Of a stretch of 64,000 nt of DNA, positions 8,037 to 19,170 are shown in pieces. The DNA comes from Thermoplasmata archaeon (GTDB taxonomy: Archaea; Thermoplasmatota; Thermoplasmata; Lutacidiplasmatales; UBA184). The DNA lies in NCBI GenBank assembly GCA_035656275.1, contig DASRSW010000051.1, positions 8,068 to 72,067 on the forward strand, read 5' to 3'. The notes under the pieces are model-generated. The model was given only the letters and a program-made list of their open reading frames with translations, had not been told where the DNA came from and searched no databases. The position numbers were made by a program, and so were the translations under genes. Numbering within the stretch: the first letter of the stretch is position 1; the number at the start of each line of letters is the position of its first letter.

Positions 8037-8537
8037 CTAGTTCTTCGACCGCGTGGTGCGCCGACGGGCGCTCCCCTTGGGCTTCGGGGAACTCTCCTCC
8101 TCGGCGGGGGCCGCGACCGGCGCAGGTTCGCTTGCGGGAGTCGCCAGGGGAGTCGGCTCGGGTTCCGGGGGAGCGGGAGGAGGGGGCGGGGCCTCCGGGG
8201 GGAGTCCGGGGGCGGGAGGCTCCGGCGGAGGAGGCGCAGGAGCGGCCGGCGCCTCGGGGGCCGCCGGGGTGTGGGCGTGATGGGTAGAGGCCGCGGGCTT
8301 CGGCTTCGGGACAATCGGGATGAATTCCCCCGGGCGCCACGTGTGCGGCTGGTGGAGGAGCGTTAGGTCCCGCAGGAACAGCTCCGCGTGTCCGCAGGTG
8401 CGGCAGATCCGGGTCCCGAGGGGGATGTCCCCGCGCGGCCGCAGCGAAAGCGTGCCCCCGCCCGCCATCCCGCCGGTCTTGAGCTCATTCGCCCAGACGA
8501 AATCTGTTCCGCCGCAATTCGTGCAGGTGGGAGCCAC
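8037..8537 (-). CDS. zinc-ribbon protein with a Pro/Ala-rich C-terminal tail
   Basis: The pair CTNCGG...CRTCGH forms a CxxC...CxxC ribbon. About 90 aa of low-complexity P/A/E sequence follows, ending in a basic tail. GTG start. Confidence 0.5.
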   Translation of the reverse strand: MAPTCTNCGGTDFVWANELKTGGMAGGGTLSLRPRGDIPLGTRICRTCGHAELFLRDLTLLHQPHTWRPGEFIPIVPKPKPAASTHHAHTPAAPEAPAAPAPPPPEPPAPGLPPEAPPPPPAPPEPEPTPLATPASEPAPVAAPAEEESSPKPKGSARRRTTRSKN

Positions 8538-8649
8538 GTCTCAGCCTCAGAGGAGAATTGAGGCGGCCTGCGCTCATATTACTTTCCGCGGGTCGGCGGC
8601 CCGCCTCTCCCGCGAAATGCCCTTGTAGCCCGGCTCCGTAGCGGCGGAC

Positions 8650-9126
8650 ATGGCCGAAGTCCAGCTGGCCCGGATCGCCGTGGCGCTCGACGGCTCGGAG
8701 CACGCCAACCGGGCACTGGAGTTCGCCATCGACCTCGCGCGCCGGTACGGGAGCGCGCTGGATGTCCTCGGGGTAGCCCCGCTCGTCCCCGTGTACGTCG
8801 CGCCCGCCGAGCCGTGGATCCCGGCAGGAGTGCCAGAGTCCGAACTCGCCCATTACCGGGAGGTCGTGGACAAGGGCGTCCTGGCGGCGCAGAACGCGGG
8901 CCTCACCCGGGTCAAAGGGGTCTGCCTTGAGGGCGTGATCGTGGACGAACTCCTCGCCCAGCTGGACGCGAACCCGCCCGACCTGCTCGTGATGGGCTCT
9001 CGCGGATTGTCGGCAGCCAAACGGCTCCTCCTGGGAAGCGTCTCTGACGCGGTCGCCCACCACGTGCGCTGCCCGGTGCTCATCGTCCGGCCGCCGGCGG
9101 CGGCTCGCGCTAGTTCGAAGAACTGA
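8650..9126 (+). CDS. universal stress protein (UspA family)
   Basis: Segments RIAVALDGSEHANRALEFAIDLA and LLVMGSRGLSAAKRLLLGSVSDAVAHHVRCPVLIVR. Confidence 0.75.
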   Translation: MAEVQLARIAVALDGSEHANRALEFAIDLARRYGSALDVLGVAPLVPVYVAPAEPWIPAGVPESELAHYREVVDKGVLAAQNAGLTRVKGVCLEGVIVDELLAQLDANPPDLLVMGSRGLSAAKRLLLGSVSDAVAHHVRCPVLIVRPPAAARASSKN

Positions 9127-9613
9127 TCGTCACCCGCGTCGGCGTGGGGAGCTTGTGGGAGGCCTTCCGGAGGGCTTCCTTCGCGTGCTCCACGTGCTCG
9201 GGGGTGGTGTAGATCGTGAGGAGCGTAAATCCGATCTGAGCACGGACGGCGTGGCCCACCGGCTTTCCAAAGGCGCGGCGCATCCCATCCGAGATACGGT
9301 CGGCCCCGGCGCCCATGGCCATCTTGTGTTCCCTCAGGATCTGGTGCGGGTAGCGTCGCACCTTGAGGTGGTACGCGGCCGGAGCCATCTTCTCCAGGAC
9401 GCGCACCGCGCTCACACGAGCGGCCTCGAGAGCGATATCGCGGACTTGGGCCGCCTCCTCGCCTTCGAGCGAGAGTTCCACGGGAAAGCGGGCCTGAAGA
9501 TTGCCCGTGTCGAACTGAGTGACGCGACAGGTGGGGATACCTCCCATGTACTCTTGTCGGGTGTACACCTGCCCCTCGATGGACCGGTACATCCGGGCCG
9601 GCTTTCGCGTCAT
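9110..9613 (-). CDS. rpl10e: 50S ribosomal protein uL16 (L10e)
   Basis: Segment MTRKPARMYRSIEGQVYTRQEYMGGIPTCRVTQFDTGN...REHKMAMGAGADRISDGMRRAFGKPVG. I trimmed the track ORF (to 9820) back to the ATG at 9613. Confidence 0.85.
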   Translation of the reverse strand: MTRKPARMYRSIEGQVYTRQEYMGGIPTCRVTQFDTGNLQARFPVELSLEGEEAAQVRDIALEAARVSAVRVLEKMAPAAYHLKVRRYPHQILREHKMAMGAGADRISDGMRRAFGKPVGHAVRAQIGFTLLTIYTTPEHVEHAKEALRKASHKLPTPTRVTISSSN

Positions 9614-9638
9614 GAGCGGCGGGCGAGCCGGGCACGGT

Positions 9639-10586
9639 TCAAAACGCTTGCTCTTCGCGGAGAGGGCCCGGAGCGGCCCAGGGCCCTCGCCGGGCTGCGG
9701 ACAACTCGACGGCAGGATACCCCAGACTCTCGAGCATCCGGATGAGGCGCATCCGTACCCCCGGGCGGCGCGCCACCGCCCACACGCTGCGGCCGAACAT
9801 GGTTTGCGAAGCGGACGCACCGACCGACCGCAGTCGCCGGATCGCGCGACGAACAGGAGGGGGGGCGAGTCCGAGCCGGTCGCCGAACCGTTCGGACGCC
9901 TTCAGGAACACGGTCACGCTGGGATGGCGCTCCACTAGGTGGAGCCCCGCTTCTGCCCTCGCGCGGACCCGCGCCAGGAAACGGGGGTCCCTCAGTAGGC
10001 CCGGGGATCGGAGCGGAGGTCCGAGGAGGGCAATCCAGAGGCGGAGCGGAAACGGACGATGGACGGCGCGGCCGTACGGCGGAACCCCCGGGCGCACCCG
10101 ACGCTCCCACCCCCCGGCGAGAATGGCGGAGACGCCGCCAAGCCCCCCGCCCCCGAACAGGTCGGCGAGGTGAGCGACCTCGATGGCCCGTTGACGCGTG
10201 GCACCCGTCGCGCGGCCGACGGCGAGGGCGGTCGCGAGCGCCCCGGCGGCGCTCATGCCAAATCCCTGGCCGACCGGCAGGTCGTGCCGTAGCCGTACCA
10301 CGAGGGAACCCCGGAGCGGTCCCAGCATACGACGGGCCACTTCGAGAGAGATCGGAAGGGGTCCCGCCACGTCAGAGACGAGGCGAAGGGGACGCGAACG
10401 ACCCGGGCGGAACGTGGCCTCCGCCCACACCCCTCGGTCGAGGACGACGCCGGCCCCTAAGGAGCCCCGCGCCCGGGGGTCGCGGGCTTGCGCGGCCGGG
10501 GAAAAGATGCCCGTGACATGGCCGGGCGCGAACGCGTGCGCGATGCGCACGCGTCTCAACGGCCGCCGAGGGGCGCGAACCACCAT
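9639..10586 (-). CDS. GHMP-family kinase, probably pantoate kinase (archaeal CoA pathway)
   Basis: N-terminal FAPGHVTGIF and the GHMP motif PVGQGFGMSAAGALATALAV resemble COG1829-type archaeal kinases. The specific substrate is inferred, not shown. Confidence 0.5.
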   Translation of the reverse strand: MVVRAPRRPLRRVRIAHAFAPGHVTGIFSPAAQARDPRARGSLGAGVVLDRGVWAEATFRPGRSRPLRLVSDVAGPLPISLEVARRMLGPLRGSLVVRLRHDLPVGQGFGMSAAGALATALAVGRATGATRQRAIEVAHLADLFGGGGLGGVSAILAGGWERRVRPGVPPYGRAVHRPFPLRLWIALLGPPLRSPGLLRDPRFLARVRARAEAGLHLVERHPSVTVFLKASERFGDRLGLAPPPVRRAIRRLRSVGASASQTMFGRSVWAVARRPGVRMRLIRMLESLGYPAVELSAARRGPWAAPGPLREEQAF

Positions 10587-10609
10587 TTCTGCCCCTCGAA
10601 AGGTGCCTC

Positions 10610-10617
10610 CTTATATT
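10610..10617. promoter_or_regulatory. shared TATA element between the divergent GHMP kinase and pan genes
   Basis: CTTATATT reads as AATATAAG on the minus strand. It lies 24 nt from the kinase ATG (10586), implying a leaderless transcript. On the plus strand it would give pan a ~40-nt leader containing AGGAG (10664-10668). Confidence 0.4.
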
Positions 10618-10679
10618 CCGTACCGGCTTAATCACTCCGTAAACGGGGCGCTTTCCCGAAGCTAGGAGTCTCCAACCGC

Positions 10680-11885
10680 ATGAGTGATCCCGAGCCACCG
10701 GCGAGCACCCAGGAGAATTTCGACCGCGTAAACTTCCTCGAACTGAGGAACAGTCAGCTTGCGGAAGCGATCAAGCGCGTCGAGAGCGAACGCCACTACA
10801 TGGAGGCGGAGATCCTTCGACTGCAGCGCGAGGTGAAGCGGCTCAAGACGGAGCTCGACCGCCTGCGCTATCCTCCACTCATCGTGGGCAGTGTCCGCGA
10901 TGTGCTCACCGATGGCCGCGTTGTCGTGAAATCCTCGACCGGCCCGGACTTCGTGGTGAACTCGGCCGAGACGGTCGAGCACGAGAAGATCACGGTGGGC
11001 TCGCGCGTCGCCCTCAACAAGCAGACGCTCGCGGTCATGGGCGTTCTGCCGGCCTCCCTCGACCCCTTGGTGGCGGCGAGCGAGATCGTCGACAAGCCGA
11101 GCGTGACCTACCAGGAGATCGGGGGGCTGAACGAGCAGATCCGGGAGATCCGGGAAGCCGTCGAGTTCCCGCTCCTCCGCTCCGAGCTCTATCGCAAGGT
11201 CGGCGTCGAACCCCCCAAGGGAGTCCTCCTGATCGGCTCGCCGGGGACGGGGAAGACGATGATCGCGAAGGCCGTGGCGCACCACACCCACGCCACCTTC
11301 GTCCGCCTCGTCGGGAGCGAGCTCGTCCAGAAGTACATCGGCGAGGGGGCGCGGCTCGTCCGGGAGCTGTTCCAGCTGGCGCGGGAGAAGGCCCCCACCA
11401 TCATCTTCATCGACGAGGTCGACTCCATCGGCGCAAAGCGCCTCGAAGTGGCGACCAGCGGGGACCGCGAGGTCCAGCGGACGCTCATGCAACTCCTCGC
11501 CGAGATGGATGGGTTCGAGCCGCTCAGCAACGTCAAGATCATCGCCGCGACCAACCGCCCGGACATTCTGGACGAGGCCCTGCTGCGCCCCGGCCGGTTC
11601 GACCGGATCATCGAGGTCCCGGTGCCCTCCTTCGGCGGGCGGGTGGAGATCTTCAAGATCCATTCCCACGGGATGGCGGTCCGCGACACGATCGACTTTG
11701 AGGCGCTCGCCTCGCGCTGCGAGGGAACGACGGGGGCCGACATCAAGGCGATCTGCACCGAGGCCGGCATGTGGGCGATCCGCGAGGAGCGCGACTACGT
11801 CACCGCCGCCGATTTCGACCGGGCCATCGAGAAGGTCGTCGGCGAAGAGGAACTCCGCAAGGAGTCCGTGACGATGTTCGCCTAG
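10680..11885 (+). CDS. pan: proteasome-activating nucleotidase PAN (AAA+ ATPase)
   Basis: N-terminal coiled coil, an OB segment (VVKSSTGPDFVV), Walker A GSPGTGKTMIAKAVA, Walker B IIFIDEVD, and a C-terminal ...VTMFA. Confidence 0.9.
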   Translation: MSDPEPPASTQENFDRVNFLELRNSQLAEAIKRVESERHYMEAEILRLQREVKRLKTELDRLRYPPLIVGSVRDVLTDGRVVVKSSTGPDFVVNSAETVEHEKITVGSRVALNKQTLAVMGVLPASLDPLVAASEIVDKPSVTYQEIGGLNEQIREIREAVEFPLLRSELYRKVGVEPPKGVLLIGSPGTGKTMIAKAVAHHTHATFVRLVGSELVQKYIGEGARLVRELFQLAREKAPTIIFIDEVDSIGAKRLEVATSGDREVQRTLMQLLAEMDGFEPLSNVKIIAATNRPDILDEALLRPGRFDRIIEVPVPSFGGRVEIFKIHSHGMAVRDTIDFEALASRCEGTTGADIKAICTEAGMWAIREERDYVTAADFDRAIEKVVGEEELRKESVTMFA

Positions 11886-11963
11886 GGCGCCCGGTCCCTC
11901 CGGCCGACGACAGGCCCTGCCTCCCCCGCGAGGGCAGAGAACGCGGGCGCAGCGTCGGGGTCC

Positions 11964-12200
11964 TTAGCGGACGGAGTAGAACTCCACCTTGCCGCAGTGC
12001 GCGCACCAGAACATTTCGAGGACGAGCACGCCTTCCCCCTGGGGCCCCGTGGTCCGGAAGTGGCGCGGTCCGAGCGCTTCGAGAGGATTGGTGCACGCCG
12101 AACAGCGGCGGGCGAGGCGGCTCGGCACGAGCGGCTCGTGCGAGCCGGGAGGTCCCTCGGGAAAGGCCACGGGGAAAATGGGACGGTCGTGGCGTATCAA
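11964..12200 (-). CDS. small zinc-ribbon protein, hypothetical
   Basis: 78 aa with CSAC...CAHC. It sits 10 nt downstream of the EF-Tu-like gene on the same strand. Confidence 0.4.
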   Translation of the reverse strand: MIRHDRPIFPVAFPEGPPGSHEPLVPSRLARRCSACTNPLEALGPRHFRTTGPQGEGVLVLEMFWCAHCGKVEFYSVR

Positions 12201-12210
12201 TCTTCGTTTG

Positions 12211-13151
12211 CTAGAGATGGAGACGCACCCGTGCCGCGAGGCGGGGGCCGGCCGGGGCCGACAGGTCCGCGAGGAACGCGGGCTCCCCGGTCCGAAAGGC
12301 GACAGGTCGGTCGGTCACGAGGCGAAGCTCTTCGGGGCCGACGGAGTCGAGGCGCGTGGGGACGAGCTGTAAGCCCACGGCGAGGTTGAACTGCCCGCCG
12401 ACCGCCAACGTTCCGCGGTAATAGAGCGCGCGACGAAGGTCACGGCCGACAAGCGTGGAGCCGACTTCGAGGGCCCCGGCGGGCGCGAGCACCTGGCCGC
12501 GGCTCAGCTCTTCGGCCTCCACCCCTTTGAGGGCGACGCCGACGCGGTCGCCCGTCGTGGCCGACCGGACGTCCACGTCGTGGACTTGGATGGACCGGAT
12601 CTCTACCTCGTGGTCCGTCGGGAACAGGCGAAGCCGGGCGTGGGCCTCGAGGGGCCCTCCCCGGACGATCCCGAGCGCGACCGCCCCGACCCCCTTGACG
12701 GGGAACGCGTGGTCGAGGGGGACCCGGGTCGGCCCCACGCCGGCCGGGACCGTCCAGCCCGCCATCGCCTCGCGGAGATGGACGGGGTCGTACGCCCGCA
12801 TCGGTTCGTTCGTCAGGCGCATCCCCTTGAACGCCCGACGGAGTTCCTCCTCGCCCACGGCGTTCCCGTGCGAGATCGTCAGTGGACGCTCGGCGAGGTC
12901 GAGCACCGTCGCGGTCTCGGCCACCTCGCGTTTCAACGCGTCCACGACGAACAGCACCCGGTCCGCCATCTCGATCGCGTAGAGGAGGGGCGGAAACTTG
13001 TCGGGGTACTGTGTCGGCTCGACGAGCGTGAGCGCGTGGTCCTCCTCCACGTGGTTGAAGAGGGTGACGTCGGAGGCCGTGCCCTTCTTTCCGAACTCCT
13101 TCGCGACGTCGCGCGCCCCAACGACGGCGACCGTGATCCCGGCCGTCGGGC

Positions 13152-13155
<4 letters not shown>
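12211..13155 (-). CDS. EF-Tu/EF-1alpha/SelB-like protein with a degenerate G domain
   Basis: A clear EF-Tu domain II barrel is present (RVPLDHAFPVKGVGAVALGIVRGGPL...GDRVGVALKGVEAEELSRGQVL). The N-terminal region lacks a canonical GxxxxGK[ST] P-loop. The GTG start overlaps the clpB stop (GTGA, 13152-13155). Confidence 0.6.
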
Positions 13156-15770
<2,615 letters not shown>

Positions 15771-15786
15771 GGGCGCCTTCGAGCGG

Positions 15787-15800
15787 AAATATCGATATAA
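15787..15800. promoter_or_regulatory. palindromic TATA element shared by divergent clpB and pyrD
   Basis: AAATATCGATATAA contains the perfect palindrome ATATCGATAT (15789-15798). It lies ~23-30 nt from both the clpB ATG (15770) and the pyrD GTG (15826). Confidence 0.5.
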
Positions 15801-15825
15801 GCCGTTTCCTCGTGCTCATCCGCCG

Positions 15826-16743
15826 GTGAGCGACCTCCGAGTGACCCTCGCGGGGATCCCGCTCCGTAACCCCTTCCTCCTCGCCTCGGGGATTTGGGGG
15901 GAGAGCGGCACATCGCTCGCGGGAGCCTGGAATCACGGGGCGGGCGGAGTGATCACGAAGTCGATCGGCTCGAAGCCGCGGACGGGCTATCCGAACCCGA
16001 CCGTCGAGACGTACGAGCGCTGGGGGTTCCTCAACGCCATGGGCCTCCCCAATCCCGGGATGGATGAATACCCTCAGGAGATCGAGGTCGCCCAAGCTGC
16101 GGGGGCGACCGTGATTGGCTCGGTGTTCGCCCCCGACGCCGACGAGTTCGCCCAGTTGTCCAGGCGGATGGAGGCGACAGGGGTCGCCGCCATCGAGCTC
16201 AACTTGAGCTGCCCCCACGCCGAGGGGTTGGGCTCCGAGGTCGGGGGGACCCCGGAGGCCGTGGAATCGATCACGCGGGCCGTGGTGCGGGCGGTGAAGG
16301 TCCCGGTGATCGCGAAAATCACCCCCAACACGGCCGACCCCGCCGCGCTGGCCGTGGCCGCCGAGAGGGGAGGGGCCCGAGCCGTGAGCGCCATCAACAC
16401 CCTTCGGGCGATCGCCATCGACACTCGGCTGCGCCGGCCGACGCTGTCGCACGGGTTGGGAGGGTTGAGCGGGGCCGCGATCAAGCCCGTCGGGCTCGCC
16501 TGCGTCTGGCAGATCTACGAGCGCGTGAAGATCCCGGTCATCGGGGTTGGCGGGATCATGACCGCCCAGGACGCGCTCGAGTACATCATGGCCGGCGCGC
16601 GCGCGGTCGAGGTCGGAACGGCGGTGGCGTTCGACGGGATCGGCGTGTTCGGAACGCTCACCCAAGAACTGGGTCGGCTCCTGAAGGACCACGACCTGGA
16701 GCGGCTCGAATCCGCGGTCGGGCTCGCCCACAACACTCCCTAG
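15826..16743 (+). CDS. pyrD: dihydroorotate dehydrogenase catalytic subunit (class 1B)
   Basis: Segments LAGIPLRNPFLLASGIWGESG, ITKSIGSKPRTGYPNP, NAMGLPNPG, ELNLSCPH and GVGGI. I trimmed the track ORF (from 15586, which overlaps clpB) to the in-frame GTG at 15826. Confidence 0.85.
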   Translation: MSDLRVTLAGIPLRNPFLLASGIWGESGTSLAGAWNHGAGGVITKSIGSKPRTGYPNPTVETYERWGFLNAMGLPNPGMDEYPQEIEVAQAAGATVIGSVFAPDADEFAQLSRRMEATGVAAIELNLSCPHAEGLGSEVGGTPEAVESITRAVVRAVKVPVIAKITPNTADPAALAVAAERGGARAVSAINTLRAIAIDTRLRRPTLSHGLGGLSGAAIKPVGLACVWQIYERVKIPVIGVGGIMTAQDALEYIMAGARAVEVGTAVAFDGIGVFGTLTQELGRLLKDHDLERLESAVGLAHNTP

Positions 16744-16788
16744 GCTCGGGGCGGCCCCGTACAACGCTCCGCTTCCCTAACTTCGAGC

Positions 16789-17637
16789 GTGTTTGGCCGG
16801 GCTCCTGATGACCACCTCCGCCGAACCGCTAAGAGGAGGGGCGACTACCCGGCCCGCGTGCGCACCATTTGCCGGGTCGAAGAAAGGGTGGTTGAGACCC
16901 CCAGTACGGTCACGCTCCGGTTCGACTACCGGCCCCCAGCGGTCCCCGGCCAGTTCGTGATGCTGTGGATTCCGGGGGACGATGAGATTCCCATGTCGCT
17001 CTCCTACGTCGAGGGCGAGCGCAAGGGAGTCACCGTGAAGGCGATGGGGGGCACGAGCCGCGGCATCCAGACGGTCCCGGTGGGAGCGCAGGTGGGGATC
17101 CGGGGCCCGTACGGGAACGCGTTCGACCTCACCGCCGGTCGGATCCTCGTCGTGGGAGGCGGCTCGGGCGCGGCCGTACTGGCCCCTGCTGCGGAGGTTG
17201 CGCGGAAGCGGGGGGCCACGGTCGTGGTCGCCCTGGGTGCCACGAAACGCGCCGAGCTGCTGTTCGAGGAGAGGTTCCGGTCGATGGGCGCCCACGTGCA
17301 CCTGGCCACGGACGATGGGTCGATCGGGACGCATGGATTCGTTACCGACCTTGTGCGCCACCTATTCGAATCCCATTCGTTCGACGTGGTGTGGACCTGC
17401 GGTCCCGAAGTCATGATGCGCAAGGTCGTGGAGGCCGCCCGACCTCACGCTACGCCGGTTGTGATGGCCCTCGAGCGGCACATGAAGTGTGCCCTCGGGC
17501 TCTGCGATGCGTGCGCCATCGGGCCGTACCACGTATGCGTGGACGGACCGGTGTTCCCCGCCGAGAAGATCGCTCCTCTCGCAGAATTTGGCGGCTTCCA
17601 GCGGGACGCGAGCGGGCGGCGGATCACGCATCGGTAG
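16789..17637 (+). CDS. pyrK: dihydroorotate dehydrogenase electron-transfer subunit
   Basis: FAD/NAD-binding fold (GQFVMLWIPGDDEIPMSLS, LVVGGGSGAA) and a C-terminal 2Fe-2S cysteine cluster CALGLCDACAIGPYHVCVDGP. An alternative GTG start exists at 16858. Confidence 0.8.
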   Translation: MFGRAPDDHLRRTAKRRGDYPARVRTICRVEERVVETPSTVTLRFDYRPPAVPGQFVMLWIPGDDEIPMSLSYVEGERKGVTVKAMGGTSRGIQTVPVGAQVGIRGPYGNAFDLTAGRILVVGGGSGAAVLAPAAEVARKRGATVVVALGATKRAELLFEERFRSMGAHVHLATDDGSIGTHGFVTDLVRHLFESHSFDVVWTCGPEVMMRKVVEAARPHATPVVMALERHMKCALGLCDACAIGPYHVCVDGPVFPAEKIAPLAEFGGFQRDASGRRITHR

Positions 17638-19018
17638 CCCGCGACGCACGACGCGAGAAACGCTGTCCGGGGACCCCGTTCATCGTCCCGGCCACGGCTT
17701 TGGGATTCTGTCCGAGTCCCCGGGTCACCCCAGCGGCCCGAATCGGTCCCTCCCTTTCCTTCCACTCCGCCCTTGCCCGCTCGATTCTCTCGAACGGGTA
17801 GCGGGGCCTCATCGCCTCATGGGAAACGGCGTCGAGGGCAAGTCGAAGCCCTCCGAGTTCTGCCCGACCGTGGTCGCGCAGAACGATTCTCCCCACGTTC
17901 GCCCCGGCATTGAGCTGCCGGTCGAGGCGCCAACCACAGCTCGGGTTGACGCAGACAAACGTCGGTCCCACCCTGCTTCGGGGACCCGCATAGACCCCAC
18001 ATCTCGGGCAGATAGTCGAAGTGCGGAACGGGTTGACCCAGTAGATCGGCACTCCGTGTTCCGCCGCCTTGTACTCAAGCTGGCGGTGCATCTCGTACCG
18101 GGGCCAGGCAGAGAGTCGGCGGCGGAGTCCGGGGCCTCGAGGAACGGCGGAGCCCCTCCGCCATCGAGCGGTGCCTCGGGGGCGAGGACGGGAGAGCTTG
18201 GAGAAGTCCTCGAGGGCGATGGCGGCATGATGTCGAGCCACCGCGGAAATCAGTGCATGAGTCAGGGCATGAAGTCGAGAGGTGATCCGGTGGTGCTCGC
18301 GAACCCCCTCACGACGGAGGAGTCGCTTCCCGACCCGACGGTCCGTCGCCTTCTTGGACCTGAGGCGACGGCGCCGAGCCGCATGGATCTCTTGGAGGGC
18401 TCGGATCTGCGGGAAAGCGATGCGGACCGGGTGCGTTGCCCTCTTCGATATCTGAACCCCATCGAGGGAGCTCTCGTTCGTGTCGAAGGCCACCAGTGCT
18501 CTTGGTTCGTAAGGAGGTGGAGCCGGTCGTTCCAGATAGAGGATAGCTCGGTCCGGGGTCAGGTGGAGCTGTTTCACCTCGACGCCGGGAAAGCTGAGCC
18601 GGTGTCGGTGGTACGGGGCGAGGTGAAGGAAGAAGGAGGTCCACTCGCCATTGCGAAGGGAGAGGCGGACCTTCCCGGAGGCACGGTCGAGGTGGAAGGT
18701 GTGAGGGTTGGTCCGGAGAAACGGGCGTCGCACGAAGGGGACGGAGGAGGGCGAGCCGTTCCGGAGCCTGCGACGGTGGCTCTTGGCGAGGGAGAGGGCG
18801 ATCTCAGCGGCCACGACCGCGTGCTGACCCGTGAGTTGGTGGACGAACGCCCGGTTACGGGCAAAACGGGAGAGGGAGCCTCGAGCGGTCTTGCCAGTAG
18901 AGAGGGCCTCCCGAAGGGTCTCGTTGACGAGAAGCCGATAGTCGGACAAGAGCGAGACCAATGGAGGGGGAAGGTGGCCTTGGACCGGGAGGACAAGAGC
19001 GCGAAGAATCGAGGGCAC
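17624..19018 (-). CDS. tnpB: TnpB (IS200/IS605 OrfB-type RuvC nuclease)
   Basis: 464 aa. RuvC-I AFDTNE (D179), RuvC-II ALEDF (E270), zinc finger CPRCG...CVNPSCG, and RuvC-III LDRQLNAGANV (D366). The 98 aa after D366 is longer than I expect for this family. The last 14 nt overlap the pyrK 3' end. Confidence 0.85.
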   Translation of the reverse strand: MPSILRALVLPVQGHLPPPLVSLLSDYRLLVNETLREALSTGKTARGSLSRFARNRAFVHQLTGQHAVVAAEIALSLAKSHRRRLRNGSPSSVPFVRRPFLRTNPHTFHLDRASGKVRLSLRNGEWTSFFLHLAPYHRHRLSFPGVEVKQLHLTPDRAILYLERPAPPPYEPRALVAFDTNESSLDGVQISKRATHPVRIAFPQIRALQEIHAARRRRLRSKKATDRRVGKRLLRREGVREHHRITSRLHALTHALISAVARHHAAIALEDFSKLSRPRPRGTARWRRGSAVPRGPGLRRRLSAWPRYEMHRQLEYKAAEHGVPIYWVNPFRTSTICPRCGVYAGPRSRVGPTFVCVNPSCGWRLDRQLNAGANVGRIVLRDHGRAELGGLRLALDAVSHEAMRPRYPFERIERARAEWKEREGPIRAAGVTRGLGQNPKAVAGTMNGVPGQRFSRRASRATDA

Positions 19019-19100
19019 GGAGTACGACGGTGCAATGCCCGGTCATAGAGGAGTCGCGCGGTCTGAAAAGTGAACGGTGACTCGGTGCAGCTGCCTCGGA
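17638..19100 (-). mobile_element. IS200/IS605-family element carrying tnpB only (no tnpA); ends not defined
   Basis: The tnpB ORF fills the pyrK-pyrG interval. No Y1 transposase ORF is present. The boundaries given are only the limits set by the pyrK stop (17637) and the pyrG promoter region. Confidence 0.55.
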
Positions 19101-19170
19101 ATAGAATCCCAAAGCCGCAGGCCCCGGAGGCTTTATCCTCGCGAACTTCTACGCGGCCCCGGAGCGAGCG

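Noticed and set aside
8053-8280. 75-aa Gly/Ala/Ser-rich plus-strand ORF
   Set aside because: It is the mirror image of the Pro/Ala-rich tail of the 8037..8537 zinc-ribbon gene and an artefact of low-complexity sequence.
9614-9820. N-terminal extensions of track ORFs for rpl10e; the same issue applies to purE (59942-60130), the PRC barrel (32701-32835), DUF72 (41266-41547) and the AP-superfamily gene (51474-51620)
   Set aside because: The extensions are Arg/Pro/Gly-rich with no homology. They overlap neighbouring genes or promoters, and conserved N-termini begin at internal start codons.
19086-19093. Palindrome GCAGCTGC, and the AAAGCC...GGCTTT inverted repeat (19111-19134), as candidate IS left-end hairpins
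   Set aside because: They are too short or imperfect to call. The second overlaps the likely pyrG TATA region (GCTTTATCC). The IS ends cannot be defined from a single copy.
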